32,000 bases of DNA. Origin: Candidatus Saccharimonadota bacterium. GTDB taxonomy: Bacteria; Pseudomonadota; Gammaproteobacteria; Enterobacterales; Enterobacteriaceae. Shown piece by piece: positions 19,733 to 29,326 of this stretch. Where the stretch lies: NCBI RefSeq assembly GCF_012562765.1, contig NZ_CP046226.1, forward strand, positions 330,001 to 362,000, written 5' to 3'. The notes below the pieces were generated by a model. That model made no database searches and was not told where the DNA came from. It saw nothing but the letters and a program-made list of their open reading frames with translations. Positions within the stretch are counted from its first letter, which is position 1, and every line of letters begins with the position of its first letter. The translations under genes and the position numbers were made by a program.

Positions 19733-21223
19733 TTATACATTATTTTTTTTATTAAACCAACAAATATTACGAGCAAACATAATCATTTTTCCTGCTTGAT
19801 CTTTTTTTAAACTATTTATATCTGATAAATCTTCAATACTTTGTTCTGCTAAATCTTCTATAGAAAAAATTCCTTTTAATTTTAGTAAAGTAGCTAATTT
19901 TTTATTCATTCCTTTAATATTTAATAAATTTTTATCTAATGATTTATTATTTTTTGTATTTTTAATTGAAGAAAAATTATATTTAGCAATTTCTTTTACT
20001 TTTTTTAAATAATCTATAGATAAATTATATTGTTTAGTTAATTTATATAATTCATTAATAGGTATATATATTAATTCTTCTATAGTTGTAAGACCTGATT
20101 TAGTTAATTTTATAGCTAAATTTTTATCAATATTTAAATTTTTTATAAACATATTAATAATAGCTTTTTTTTCTTCTTTATGTTTTATTTGTAATTCATT
20201 ATTTGTCATAACATTTAATTCCCATCCACTTAATTGTGAAGCTAAACGGATATTTTGACCATTACGACCAATAGCTTTTGCTAAATTTTCCTCTTCTACA
20301 GCAATATCAATAAAATGATTATTTTCATCTATTACTATTGATGATACATCAGCTGGAGACATAGCATTAATAACAAATTGTGCTGGATTTTTATCCCATA
20401 AAACAATATCAATTTTTTCTCCATTTAATTCATTAGATATAGCCTGTACTCTAGCACCTCTCATTCCAACACATGCACCAACAGGATCTATACGCTTATC
20501 ATATGTTGTAACTGCTATTTTTGCTCTATAACCAGGATCTCTTGCTGCAGCTTTAATTTCAATTAATCCTTCATTTATTTCTGGAACTTCAATTTTAAAT
20601 AACTCAATTAACATTTTAATTTTTGATCTACTAATAAATAACTGAGGTCCATGTAATACTTCTTTTACAGAAAAAAGAAGACCTTTAATTCTATCTCCAG
20701 GTCTAAAATTTTCTCTAGGTAACATATCTTTACGTAAGATAGTAGCTTCTGCACCATTACCTAAATCTAAACTGAGATGAGTTTTATTTATTTTTTTTAC
20801 AATTCCATTTAAAATTTTTCCTTCTTTTTGTCTAAATTGTTCAATAGTTATAGCTTTTTCTGCTTCTCTAACTTTATGTACAATAACTTGTTTAGCAATT
20901 TGTGTAGTTATACGATCAAAATTAATAGAAGTGATTTGATCATAAATATAATCACCTATATTTAATGAATTATCTTCAATACGTGCTGCATCTAGTGTAA
21001 TTTCTTTAGTAGGATATTTAACTCTTTTTACAATTAACCATTTTCTAAAAGTTTGAAAACTTCCATTTTTACGATTAATAGTAACGTAAACTTCTATGTC
21101 TTGTTCATATTTTTTTTTTGTTGCACTTGATAATGCACTTTCCATAGCTTCAAATATTTTTTCACGAGGTAAAGATTTTTCATTAGAAACAGCTTCAATA
21201 ACAGCTAATATTTCTTTATTCAT
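19733..21223 (-). CDS. nusA: Transcription termination/antitermination factor NusA
   Basis: [31 protein letters not shown] is near-identical to the E. coli NusA N-terminus. S1 and KH domains and the C-terminal repeats ending ..ARNICWF are present. The track ORF begins 5 codons earlier at a TTG (21238). The ATG at 21223 is preceded by GAGGA 8 nt upstream and matches the E. coli start. Confidence 0.95.
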   Translation of the reverse strand: MNKEILAVIEAVSNEKSLPREKIFEAMESALSSATKKKYEQDIEVYVTINRKNGSFQTFRKWLIVKRVKYPTKEITLDAARIEDNSLNIGDYIYDQITSINFDRITTQIAKQVIVHKVREAEKAITIEQFRQKEGKILNGIVKKINKTHLSLDLGNGAEATILRKDMLPRENFRPGDRIKGLLFSVKEVLHGPQLFISRSKIKMLIELFKIEVPEINEGLIEIKAAARDPGYRAKIAVTTYDKRIDPVGACVGMRGARVQAISNELNGEKIDIVLWDKNPAQFVINAMSPADVSSIVIDENNHFIDIAVEEENLAKAIGRNGQNIRLASQLSGWELNVMTNNELQIKHKEEKKAIINMFIKNLNIDKNLAIKLTKSGLTTIEELIYIPINELYKLTKQYNLSIDYLKKVKEIAKYNFSSIKNTKNNKSLDKNLLNIKGMNKKLATLLKLKGIFSIEDLAEQSIEDLSDINSLKKDQAGKMIMFARNICWFNKKNNV

Positions 21224-21248
21224 CCTAGTTATCCTCAAACCTAAATTT

Positions 21249-21420
21249 TTATATAATAGGAACTAGATTAGCTTGGTTAAATATTATTTATATAAATAAC
21301 ATATACTATAATTAATATAAAAATTATTATTATAAATAATATTTATTTTTTATAAAATTTTACTTTAAAAATTATTTATTTTTAATTTAAACAACATATA
21401 AACATTTTTTATTACTCCTT
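21249..21420 (-). pseudogene. rimP: Probable eroded remnant of ribosome maturation factor rimP (5' translation-initiation region plus last ~12 codons)
   Basis: This is the position where rimP lies in E. coli (metY-rimP-nusA). The minus strand has AAGGAG (21420-21415), 9 nt, then ATG (21405) opening only a 7-codon ORF (MFICCLN*). Further downstream, an out-of-phase frame reads [12 protein letters not shown] with its stop at 21251-21249, 25 nt before the nusA ATG. E. coli RimP ends ..NIQKANLVPHF as I recall. These two G/C-containing islands are the only non-A/T sequence in the spacer. Confidence 0.4.
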
Positions 21421-21449
21421 TTATATAAAAATTATTATTATAAATAATA
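21315..21449. repeat. 27-bp perfect direct repeat (copies at 21315-21341 and 21423-21449)
   Basis: ATATAAAAATTATTATTATAAATAATA occurs twice, with starts 108 bp apart, inside the nusA-metY spacer. The minus-strand reading TATTATTTATAATAATAATTTTTATAT contains TATAAT. Confidence 0.8.
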
Positions 21450-21555
21450 ATTAATTAAATATAATTAATTTTAAATATAATTCAATAATTAAATTACTGA
21501 ATTGTATTTAATTTTAAAAAAATTAATTAGAAATGAGATTAAAATTGATAGTAAA

Positions 21556-21632
<77 letters not shown>

Positions 21633-21692
21633 TCTACTCAATGAGTGATATGTTAAAATATAAAAAATATTATAAAATAAAAATAAACAATG

Positions 21693-21782
21693 TGGTACCG
21701 AAGACGGGATTTGAACCCGTAAACCCACTTGAAGGGTACTACCACCTCAAGGTAGCGTGTTTACCAATTTCACCACCTCGGT
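21693..21782 (-). tRNA. leuU: tRNA-Leu (anticodon GAG), CCA encoded
   Basis: Reverse complement: ACCGAGGTGGTGAAATTGGTAAACACGCTACCTTGAGGTGGTAGTACCCTTCAAGTGGGTTTACGGGTTCAAATCCCGTCTTCGGTACCA. The anticodon loop is UUGAGGU. It lies immediately downstream of secG, as in the E. coli secG-leuU arrangement. Confidence 0.93.
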
Positions 21783-21795
21783 TTATTAAATTAAA

Positions 21796-22062
21796 TCATT
21801 TTTTATAATTAATATAATTATCAGTTACAACATTTTTTCTATGATTATTTAAATTACTTAATATTAAACTAATCATAAAAAAAACTATAGCTAAAACAAA
21901 AATTAATTTTGTTATAATTTTATTAGGAGTATTAGTATTAAAAAAAGATCTTGAATTATTCATAGAAGAACCAATATCAACGGTATTATTATTTTGTAAT
22001 ATAATTAAACCAATTAAGATTATTGATACTATAACAAATAAAACTAAAAATAATTTATACAT
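21796..22062 (-). CDS. secG: Preprotein translocase subunit SecG
   Basis: 88 aa with two hydrophobic helices. The N-terminus MYKLFLVLFVIVSIILIGLIILQ resembles E. coli MYEALLVVFLIVAIGLVGLIMLQ. The secG-leuU synteny is retained. Confidence 0.85.
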   Translation of the reverse strand: MYKLFLVLFVIVSIILIGLIILQNNNTVDIGSSMNNSRSFFNTNTPNKIITKLIFVLAIVFFMISLILSNLNNHRKNVVTDNYINYKK

Positions 22063-22224
22063 AATACTATAAAAAAATTTTCAATAAAATTATACATATA
22101 ATATTATATCATTTATATGTAATTTACAACATATTTTAATAATTTTTATTATTTATAATTTTAATAATATAAATTAATTAACTAAATTAATTATTAAATT
22201 ATTTTTTAATAATATTTAATAAAG

Positions 22225-24051
22225 TTATTTTTTTATCCAATTAGGTGTTCTAACTTCTTTTCTAGACATTAAATCATCTATTTGTAATAAATCTATAGTT
22301 TCATATTTAATTAAAGCATCTTTCATTGCGTGTAATATATCAATATTTTCTTTTAAAATTTTAAATGCTCGATTATAATTTTCTTGAATTAAATGTTTAA
22401 TTTCTTCATCAATTATACGTGCAGTTTGATCTGACATATATTTTGTTTTTGCTACATTTCTTCCTAAAAAAATTTCTCCTTCTTCTTCTGCATATAATAA
22501 AGGACCTAATTTTTTAGAGAATCCCCATTGAGTTACCATATTTCTTGCTAAGTTAGTAGCAATTTTAATATCATTAGATGCTCCAGTAGATACATATTTT
22601 TCTCCATAAATTATTTCTTCTGCAATACGACCACCATAAAGTGTAGAAATTTTACTTTCTAATTTTTGACGATTTAAACTAATAATATCAATTTCTGGTA
22701 AAAAAAATGTAACTCCTAATGCTTGACCTCTTGGAATAATAGTAACCTTGTGTACTGGATCATGTCCAGGAACTAATCTACCAATTATAGCATGTCCTGC
22801 TTCATGATAAGCAGTAGATTCTTTTTGAGATTCTGTCATAACCATAGAACGTCTTTCAGAACCCATCATAATTTTATCTTTAGATTTTTCAAATTCAATC
22901 ATTGATACAAATTCATGATTATTACGAGCAGCTAATAAAGCGGCTTCATTTACTAAATTAGCTAAATCAGCTCCAGAAAATCCAGGAGTACCACGTGCTA
23001 AAATTGTAAGATTAACATCTTTACCAAGTGGAACATTTCTTACATGTATATTTAATATTTGTTCTCTACCTCTAATATCTGGTAAACTTACTATTACCCT
23101 TCTATCAAATCTTCCTGGTCTTAAAAGAGCAGGATCTAATACATCAGGACGATTAGTTGCAGCAATAACAATAACACTTTCATTATAATTAAAACCATCC
23201 ATTTCTACTAACATTTGATTAAGTGTTTGTTCTCTTTCATCATGGCCCCCTCCTAAACCAGCTCCTCTTTGACGTCCTACTGCATCTATTTCATCAATAA
23301 ATATAATACATGGAGATAATTTTTTTGCTCTATCAAACATATCGCGAACTCTAGAAGCTCCTACTCCAACAAACATTTCAACAAAATCAGATCCAGAAAT
23401 AGTAAAAAATGGTACTTTAGATTCTCCTGCTATTGCTTTTGCTAATAAAGTTTTTCCTGTCCCTGGTGGACCAACCATTAATACTCCTTTAGGTATTCTA
23501 CCACCTAATTTTTGAAATTTTAATGGTTCTTTTAAATAATCTACAATTTCTTTAACTTCTTCTTTTGCTTCATCACATCCAGCTACATCATTAAATGTAA
23601 TTTTTATTTGATCCTTTGTTAACATACGAGCTTTACTTTTACCAAACGATAATGCACCTTTTCCTCCTTGAATTTGACGCATAAAAAATAACCAAATACA
23701 AATAATTAAAAACATAGGAAACCATGATATAAATATAGATAATAATATATTAGGACTTATAGGAGGATTACCAAAAATTTGAATATTATTATCTAATAAT
23801 ATTTTAAGTAAATTAGGATCACTAATAGGAATATAAATTTTATATTTAGTATTATCTTTTTTATAAACATCAACCTGACGTTGATTAATATCAACTGATT
23901 TTATTTGTTGATGAATAATATCTGATAAAAAAGCTGAATATTCTATTTTTGATGTTTTATCATCTTGATTTGGATTTAAATTCTGGTAAACAGATATTAA
24001 AGTAATTGCAATTGCTAACCAGAGCATTAGATTTTTTGCTATACCGCTCAA
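22225..24051 (-). CDS. ftsH: ATP-dependent zinc metalloprotease FtsH
   Basis: 608 aa, very highly conserved. Walker A GPPGTGKT, the second region of homology, and the zinc motif HEAGHA are present. The start is TTG (rc of 24049-24051) with GGAG 8 nt upstream. There is no in-frame ATG before the conserved AKNL. Confidence 0.97.
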   Translation of the reverse strand: MSGIAKNLMLWLAIAITLISVYQNLNPNQDDKTSKIEYSAFLSDIIHQQIKSVDINQRQVDVYKKDNTKYKIYIPISDPNLLKILLDNNIQIFGNPPISPNILLSIFISWFPMFLIICIWLFFMRQIQGGKGALSFGKSKARMLTKDQIKITFNDVAGCDEAKEEVKEIVDYLKEPLKFQKLGGRIPKGVLMVGPPGTGKTLLAKAIAGESKVPFFTISGSDFVEMFVGVGASRVRDMFDRAKKLSPCIIFIDEIDAVGRQRGAGLGGGHDEREQTLNQMLVEMDGFNYNESVIVIAATNRPDVLDPALLRPGRFDRRVIVSLPDIRGREQILNIHVRNVPLGKDVNLTILARGTPGFSGADLANLVNEAALLAARNNHEFVSMIEFEKSKDKIMMGSERRSMVMTESQKESTAYHEAGHAIIGRLVPGHDPVHKVTIIPRGQALGVTFFLPEIDIISLNRQKLESKISTLYGGRIAEEIIYGEKYVSTGASNDIKIATNLARNMVTQWGFSKKLGPLLYAEEEGEIFLGRNVAKTKYMSDQTARIIDEEIKHLIQENYNRAFKILKENIDILHAMKDALIKYETIDLLQIDDLMSRKEVRTPNWIKK

Positions 24052-24095
24052 AAGAGTAACTCCATTATCATTTTTAATATAAATACAATAACATA

Positions 24096-24740
24096 TTATT
24101 TATTTTGATATCCTTTTGCTACAATATATATTTCACGTGAATTAGATCTTGAAGCATTAGGTTTTCTAATTTTTATTATTTTAAATAATGAATTAATTTT
24201 TTTTAAGTATTCATCTAATCCTATACCTTGAAATATTTTGATTAAAAAATTTCCATTAAAATCTAATGTAGAATAACATAATTTTAAAACTAATTCACTT
24301 AAATAAAAAAATTTAGGTATATCTATTTCTGATATACCAGAAATATTAGGTGATATATCAGACATTATTACTTGTGCTTTTAAATTATTTAATTTAATTT
24401 GAATTAAATCAAATATATTTTTATCAAATAAATTACCTTGTATATACTCTACATTGTTTATTTTTTTCATTGGTAATATATCACAAGCTATTATTTTTCC
24501 TTTTAATCCAATTTTTATAGATGCAAACTTAGACCAACCACCAGGAGAACATCCTAAATCTATAACTATCATGTTGGGTTTAAAAATTTTATCAAGTTTT
24601 TGTATTTCTTGTAATTTAAACCATGATCTTGATCTTAATTCACTATTCTTTTTTACTTTTTTAACATAAATATCTTTAAGATGTCTTTTTAACCAAGTAT
24701 TTTTTTTTGTATTTTTTTTTGTATTTTTTTTATAAAACAT
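24096..24740 (-). CDS. rlmE: 23S rRNA U2552 2'-O-ribose methyltransferase RlmE (FtsJ/RrmJ)
   Basis: 214 aa. [12 protein letters not shown], the SAM site [23 protein letters not shown] and [11 protein letters not shown] match E. coli RlmE. It lies upstream of ftsH as in E. coli. Confidence 0.93.
   Translation of the reverse strand: MFYKKNTKKNTKKNTWLKRHLKDIYVKKVKKNSELRSRSWFKLQEIQKLDKIFKPNMIVIDLGCSPGGWSKFASIKIGLKGKIIACDILPMKKINNVEYIQGNLFDKNIFDLIQIKLNNLKAQVIMSDISPNISGISEIDIPKFFYLSELVLKLCYSTLDFNGNFLIKIFQGIGLDEYLKKINSLFKIIKIRKPNASRSNSREIYIVAKGYQNK
24697..24731 (-). repeat. In-frame tandem repeat, 3 x 12 bp (AAAAAAAATACA), at the 5' end of rlmE
   Basis: The coding strand reads ATG TTT TAT (AAA AAA AAT ACA)x2 AAA AAA AAT ACT, encoding [12 protein letters not shown]. 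It contains A8-A9 homopolymers. Read directly from the sequence. Confidence 0.85.
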
Positions 24741-25061
24741 TAATTATTATTATTAATAATATGAATAGATAAGATCAAATTTAAAATAATTTATTAAGAA
24801 TAATTATGTCTAATTAATTTAATTATATTTAAAATAATTATAATAATCTATATTAAATTATAATTTTAAATAATATTTATTATTAATAAATTAATTTTAA
24901 ATTATTATAAAAATATTTTACATAATTTATTTTATTTAAATTTAATATTTATAATTAGTATATGTAAATTTTTTATTAAAAAATTAAAAATATTTTAATA
25001 TTAATTAATTTTATAATTGATTTTATTATAAAATAAATAAAAAAGCATTATTTATTTATAT

Positions 25062-28000
25062 TTATTTTTTATTTAAATTTGCATTTAATAATTCAGTTAA
25101 ATTTGCAGATGCAGATGCTGTTGCAGTAACATTATTTTTTCTTTTTTTAATACGACTTTTATGATAAGAATATCCGGTACCAGCTGGAATTAATCTACCC
25201 ACAATAACATTTTCTTTTAAACCTCTTAATTCATCAAATTTTCCTGCAACAGAAGCTTCTGTTAATACTCTTGTAGTTTCTTGAAAAGAAGCTGCAGAAA
25301 TAAAAGATGCTGTTGCTAAAGATGCTTTAGTAATACCTAATAAATCATGAGTATACAATACTATTTTTTTCCCTTTTTCTTTTAATTTTTTATTTATTAT
25401 TTTTATTTGAGATACTTCAACTTGTTCTCCGTCTAAAAAATTAGAATCACCTCTATTTTTAATTGTTGCTTTACGTAACATTTGTCGGATTATAACTTCA
25501 ATATGTTTATCATTTATTTTTACTCCTTGTAAACGATATACTTCTTGAACTTCATTAATTATGTAATTTGTTACTTCATTCACACCTTTCAAACGCAATA
25601 TATCATGTGGAGATTCAGAACCATCAGAAATAATATCTCCTTTATTTACTAACTCTCCTTCAAATACATTTATTTGTCTCCATTTTGGTATCATTTCTTC
25701 ATATGTATTTTCATTATTAATAGGATTAATTATTATCCGTCTTTTTCCTTTAGTTTCTTTACCAAAAGAAATTATACCACTAATTTCAGCTAAAATAGCT
25801 GATTCTTTTGGACGACGAGCTTCAAATAAATCTGCTACTCTAGGTAATCCTCCAGTTATATCTTTAGTACCTCCTGATTCTTGTGGTATTCTTGCTATAA
25901 TATCTCCTGCATGAATTTTAATTCCATTTTCTAAATGAACTATAGTTTTACTAGGTAAAAAATAATGAGCAGGAATATCAGTTCCGGGAATTAGAATATC
26001 TTCATTTTTAAAATTTACAATTTTTAACATAGGTCTTAAATCTTTTCCTATTGAAGTTCTTTCAGATGTATCTAATACTACAATAGAAGATAAACCTGTT
26101 AATTCATCATTTTGACGAATAACAGTTTGACCATCTAACATATCAATAAATTTTACCTTTCCATTAACTTCACTAATTATAGGCATTGTATGTGGATCCC
26201 AATAAGCAATTATTTCTCCTGAATTAATGTTTTCTCCATTTTTTTTTGTTATAATTGCTCCATATGGTATTTTATATTTTTCTTTTATACGTCCAAATTT
26301 ATCTATAATTTTTAATTTAACATTTCTTGAAGTAATAACTAATTTACCATCAGAATTAATAACTGATTTCATATTTGTTAGTTTTATAGTTCCCTTATCT
26401 TTTATTTGTATACTAGATTCAGATGCAACTCTAGAAGCTGCTCCACCTATATGAAATGTTCTCATAGTTAATTGTGTTCCAGGTTCTCCTATAGATTGTG
26501 CTGCAATTACTCCAATTGCCTCTCCTTTATTAATAATATGTCCTCTTGCTAAATCACGACCATAACAATTAGCACATACACCAAAATTAGTTTCACAACT
26601 TACTACAGATCTAACTATAATATTATCAATAGAATATTGATCCAATATATCACAATATTTTTCATTTAATAATGTATTTCTAGGAATTAAAACATCCTTT
26701 TTACCTGGTTTAAAGATATCTTTTGCAGTTACTCTTCCTAAAACTCTTTCTCTAAGAGATTCTTTTACATCTCCACCTTCAATTATAGGGGATATTTCAA
26801 TACCATTTTTAGTTAAACAATCATTTTCTGTTATTACTAAATCTTGAGCAACATCAACTAATCTACGAGTTAAATAACCTGAATTTGCTGTTTTTAAAGC
26901 AGTATCTGCTAATCCTTTTCTTGCTCCATGAGTAGATATAAAATATTGTAATACATTTAATCCTTCTCTAAAATTAGCTGTTATTGGAGTTTCAATAATA
27001 GATCCGTCAGGTTTAGCCATTAATCCTCTCATACCAGCTAATTGTCTAATCTGAGCTGCTGAACCTCGGGCACCAGAATCTGCCATCATGAAAATATTAT
27101 TAAAAGAAATTTGTTTTTCTATTATTCCTTTTTTATTTATTACATTTTCTGTAGATAAATTTTTCATCATTGCTTGTGCAACTTTTTCATTTGCTACTGA
27201 CCAAATATCAATGACTTTATTATATCTTTCTCCTGAAGTAACTAATCCTGATTGAAATTGTTCTTGTATTTCAGAAACTTCAGATTCTGCTTCTAATATT
27301 ATTGTAGATTTTTTTTTAGGAATAATAATATCATCGATACCTACAGAAGAACCTGATCTAGCTGCATAATAAAATCCAGTATACATGATTTTATCTGCAA
27401 AAATAACTGTAGGTTTTAATCCTAAAATTCTATAACATATATTTAACATTTTAGAAATTGATTTTTTACCTAAAGTTTTATTTATTATCTTATAAGGTAA
27501 ACCTTTTGGTACATGCATCCAAAATATTGCTCTACCTATTGTAGTATTAACAATATTTTTATTTTTTATCCATTCATTATTTTTATTTTTATAATATTCA
27601 GTTATCCTTACTTTAACACGTGCATGTAAATCTCCTTGTCCTGTACGATATACTTTTTCTGCTTCTTTAGAATTAGATAATATCATATCTTCTCCTTTAG
27701 CATTAATCCTTTCTCTCGTCATATAATATAATCCTAAAACTACATCTTGCGACGGAACAATAATAGGTTCACCATTAGCTGGTGATAAAATATTATTAGT
27801 AGACATCATAAGAGCTCTAGCTTCTAATTGTGCTTCTAAAGTTAAAGGAATGTGTACGGCCATTTGATCTCCATCAAAATCAGCATTATAAGCCGCACAT
27901 ACAAGAGGATGTAGTTGTATTGCTTTTCCTTCAATTAATATTGGTTCAAAAGCTTGTATTCCTAATCTATGTAAAGTTGGTGCACGATTTAATAATATTG

Positions 28001-29258
28001 GATGTTCTCTTATAACTTCTTCTAAAACATCCCAAACTACAGATTCTTCTTTTTCAACCATTTTTTTTGCAGATTTAATTGTTGTTGCTAATCCTTGCAT
28101 TTCTAATTTTCCATATATAAATGGTTTAAATAGTTCTAAAGCCATTTTTTTAGGCAAACCACATTGATTTAAATGTAAATAAGGTCCTACTGTAATAACA
28201 GATCTTCCTGAATAATCTACTCTTTTTCCTAATAAATTTTGTCTAAATCTTCCTTGTTTTCCTTTTATCATATCTGCTAATGATTTTAAAGGTCTCTTAT
28301 TAGATCCTATTATTGCTCTTCCTCTTCTTCCATTATCTAAAAGAGCATCTACAGCTTCTTGTAACATACGTTTTTCATTTCTTACTATAATATCAGGTGC
28401 TGATAATTCTAATAAACGTTTTAATCTATTATTACGATTAATAACACGACGGTATAAATCATTTAAATCAGAAGTAGCAAATCTTCCTCCATCCAATGGA
28501 ACTAAAGGTCTTAAATCAGGAGGTAAAACTGGTAATACATTCATTATCATCCATTCTGGTTTATTTCCCGAATGAATAAATGATTCAAGTAATTTGATAC
28601 GTTTAGTAATTTTTTTTCTTTTAGTTTCAGAATTAGTATTATATAATTCATTACGTAAAAATTCACATTCTTCTTCTAAATTAATATTTTTTAACAAATA
28701 TTCAATAGCTTCTGCTCCCATTTTTGCATTAAATTCATCTCCAAATTCTTCTAATGTATCTAAGTATTGTTCTTCTGTTAAAATTTGTCTTTTATTTAAT
28801 TTTGTTATACCTTCTTCTACAACAACATAGGATTCAAAGTATAATACTCTTTCAATATCTTTTAATGGCATATTTAAAAGTAATCCTATTCTAGAAGGTA
28901 ATGATTTTAAAAACCATATATGTGCAGTAGGAGATGCGAGTTCAATATGTCCCATTCTTTCACGTCTAACTTTAGTTTGTGTAACTTCTACACCACATTT
29001 TTCACATATTACACCACGATGTTTTAATCTTTTATATTTTCCACATAAACACTCATAATCTTTTACTGGCCCAAAAATACGAGCACAAAATAAACCATCT
29101 CTTTCTGGTTTAAAAGTACGATAATTAATTGTTTCTGGTTTTTTTACTTCTCCAAAAGACCAAGATCTAATCATATCAGAAGAAGCTAAAGAAATTTTTA
29201 TTGCATCAAATTCTTCTATTATATTTGGTGATTTTAAAATCTTAAATAAATCTTTCAC
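25062..29258 (-). CDS. rpoC: DNA-directed RNA polymerase beta' subunit
   Basis: 1398 aa (E. coli 1407). The zinc-binding N-terminus and the catalytic NADFDGD are present, with near-identity to E. coli over long blocks. The start codon is GTG (rc of 29256-29258), as I recall for E. coli rpoC, with GAGG upstream. Confidence 0.98.
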   Translation of the reverse strand: MKDLFKILKSPNIIEEFDAIKISLASSDMIRSWSFGEVKKPETINYRTFKPERDGLFCARIFGPVKDYECLCGKYKRLKHRGVICEKCGVEVTQTKVRRERMGHIELASPTAHIWFLKSLPSRIGLLLNMPLKDIERVLYFESYVVVEEGITKLNKRQILTEEQYLDTLEEFGDEFNAKMGAEAIEYLLKNINLEEECEFLRNELYNTNSETKRKKITKRIKLLESFIHSGNKPEWMIMNVLPVLPPDLRPLVPLDGGRFATSDLNDLYRRVINRNNRLKRLLELSAPDIIVRNEKRMLQEAVDALLDNGRRGRAIIGSNKRPLKSLADMIKGKQGRFRQNLLGKRVDYSGRSVITVGPYLHLNQCGLPKKMALELFKPFIYGKLEMQGLATTIKSAKKMVEKEESVVWDVLEEVIREHPILLNRAPTLHRLGIQAFEPILIEGKAIQLHPLVCAAYNADFDGDQMAVHIPLTLEAQLEARALMMSTNNILSPANGEPIIVPSQDVVLGLYYMTRERINAKGEDMILSNSKEAEKVYRTGQGDLHARVKVRITEYYKNKNNEWIKNKNIVNTTIGRAIFWMHVPKGLPYKIINKTLGKKSISKMLNICYRILGLKPTVIFADKIMYTGFYYAARSGSSVGIDDIIIPKKKSTIILEAESEVSEIQEQFQSGLVTSGERYNKVIDIWSVANEKVAQAMMKNLSTENVINKKGIIEKQISFNNIFMMADSGARGSAAQIRQLAGMRGLMAKPDGSIIETPITANFREGLNVLQYFISTHGARKGLADTALKTANSGYLTRRLVDVAQDLVITENDCLTKNGIEISPIIEGGDVKESLRERVLGRVTAKDIFKPGKKDVLIPRNTLLNEKYCDILDQYSIDNIIVRSVVSCETNFGVCANCYGRDLARGHIINKGEAIGVIAAQSIGEPGTQLTMRTFHIGGAASRVASESSIQIKDKGTIKLTNMKSVINSDGKLVITSRNVKLKIIDKFGRIKEKYKIPYGAIITKKNGENINSGEIIAYWDPHTMPIISEVNGKVKFIDMLDGQTVIRQNDELTGLSSIVVLDTSERTSIGKDLRPMLKIVNFKNEDILIPGTDIPAHYFLPSKTIVHLENGIKIHAGDIIARIPQESGGTKDITGGLPRVADLFEARRPKESAILAEISGIISFGKETKGKRRIIINPINNENTYEEMIPKWRQINVFEGELVNKGDIISDGSESPHDILRLKGVNEVTNYIINEVQEVYRLQGVKINDKHIEVIIRQMLRKATIKNRGDSNFLDGEQVEVSQIKIINKKLKEKGKKIVLYTHDLLGITKASLATASFISAASFQETTRVLTEASVAGKFDELRGLKENVIVGRLIPAGTGYSYHKSRIKKRKNNVTATASASANLTELLNANLNKK

Positions 29259-29326
29259 AAAAAAATTACCTCACTCATATTAGGAACTAATAAAATTATT
29301 TAAAATTAAATAATTAATTATAAATT

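Noticed and set aside
21636-21646. G/C-containing palindrome ACTCA-A-TGAGT immediately upstream of tRNA-fMet
   Set aside because: It is too short (5-bp arms, 1-nt centre) to form a hairpin, and I know of no matching operator. It is possibly part of the precursor leader, but there is nothing to test from sequence alone.
24454-24669. 71-aa plus-strand ORF antisense to rlmE
   Set aside because: It lies wholly within the well-conserved rlmE coding region on the opposite strand. This is a typical shadow ORF in A/T-rich DNA.
26227-28830. Three plus-strand ORFs (26227-26454, 27830-28015, 28594-28830) antisense to rpoC
   Set aside because: All are embedded in the highly conserved rpoC reading frame, and their translations are low complexity. 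They are shadow ORFs.
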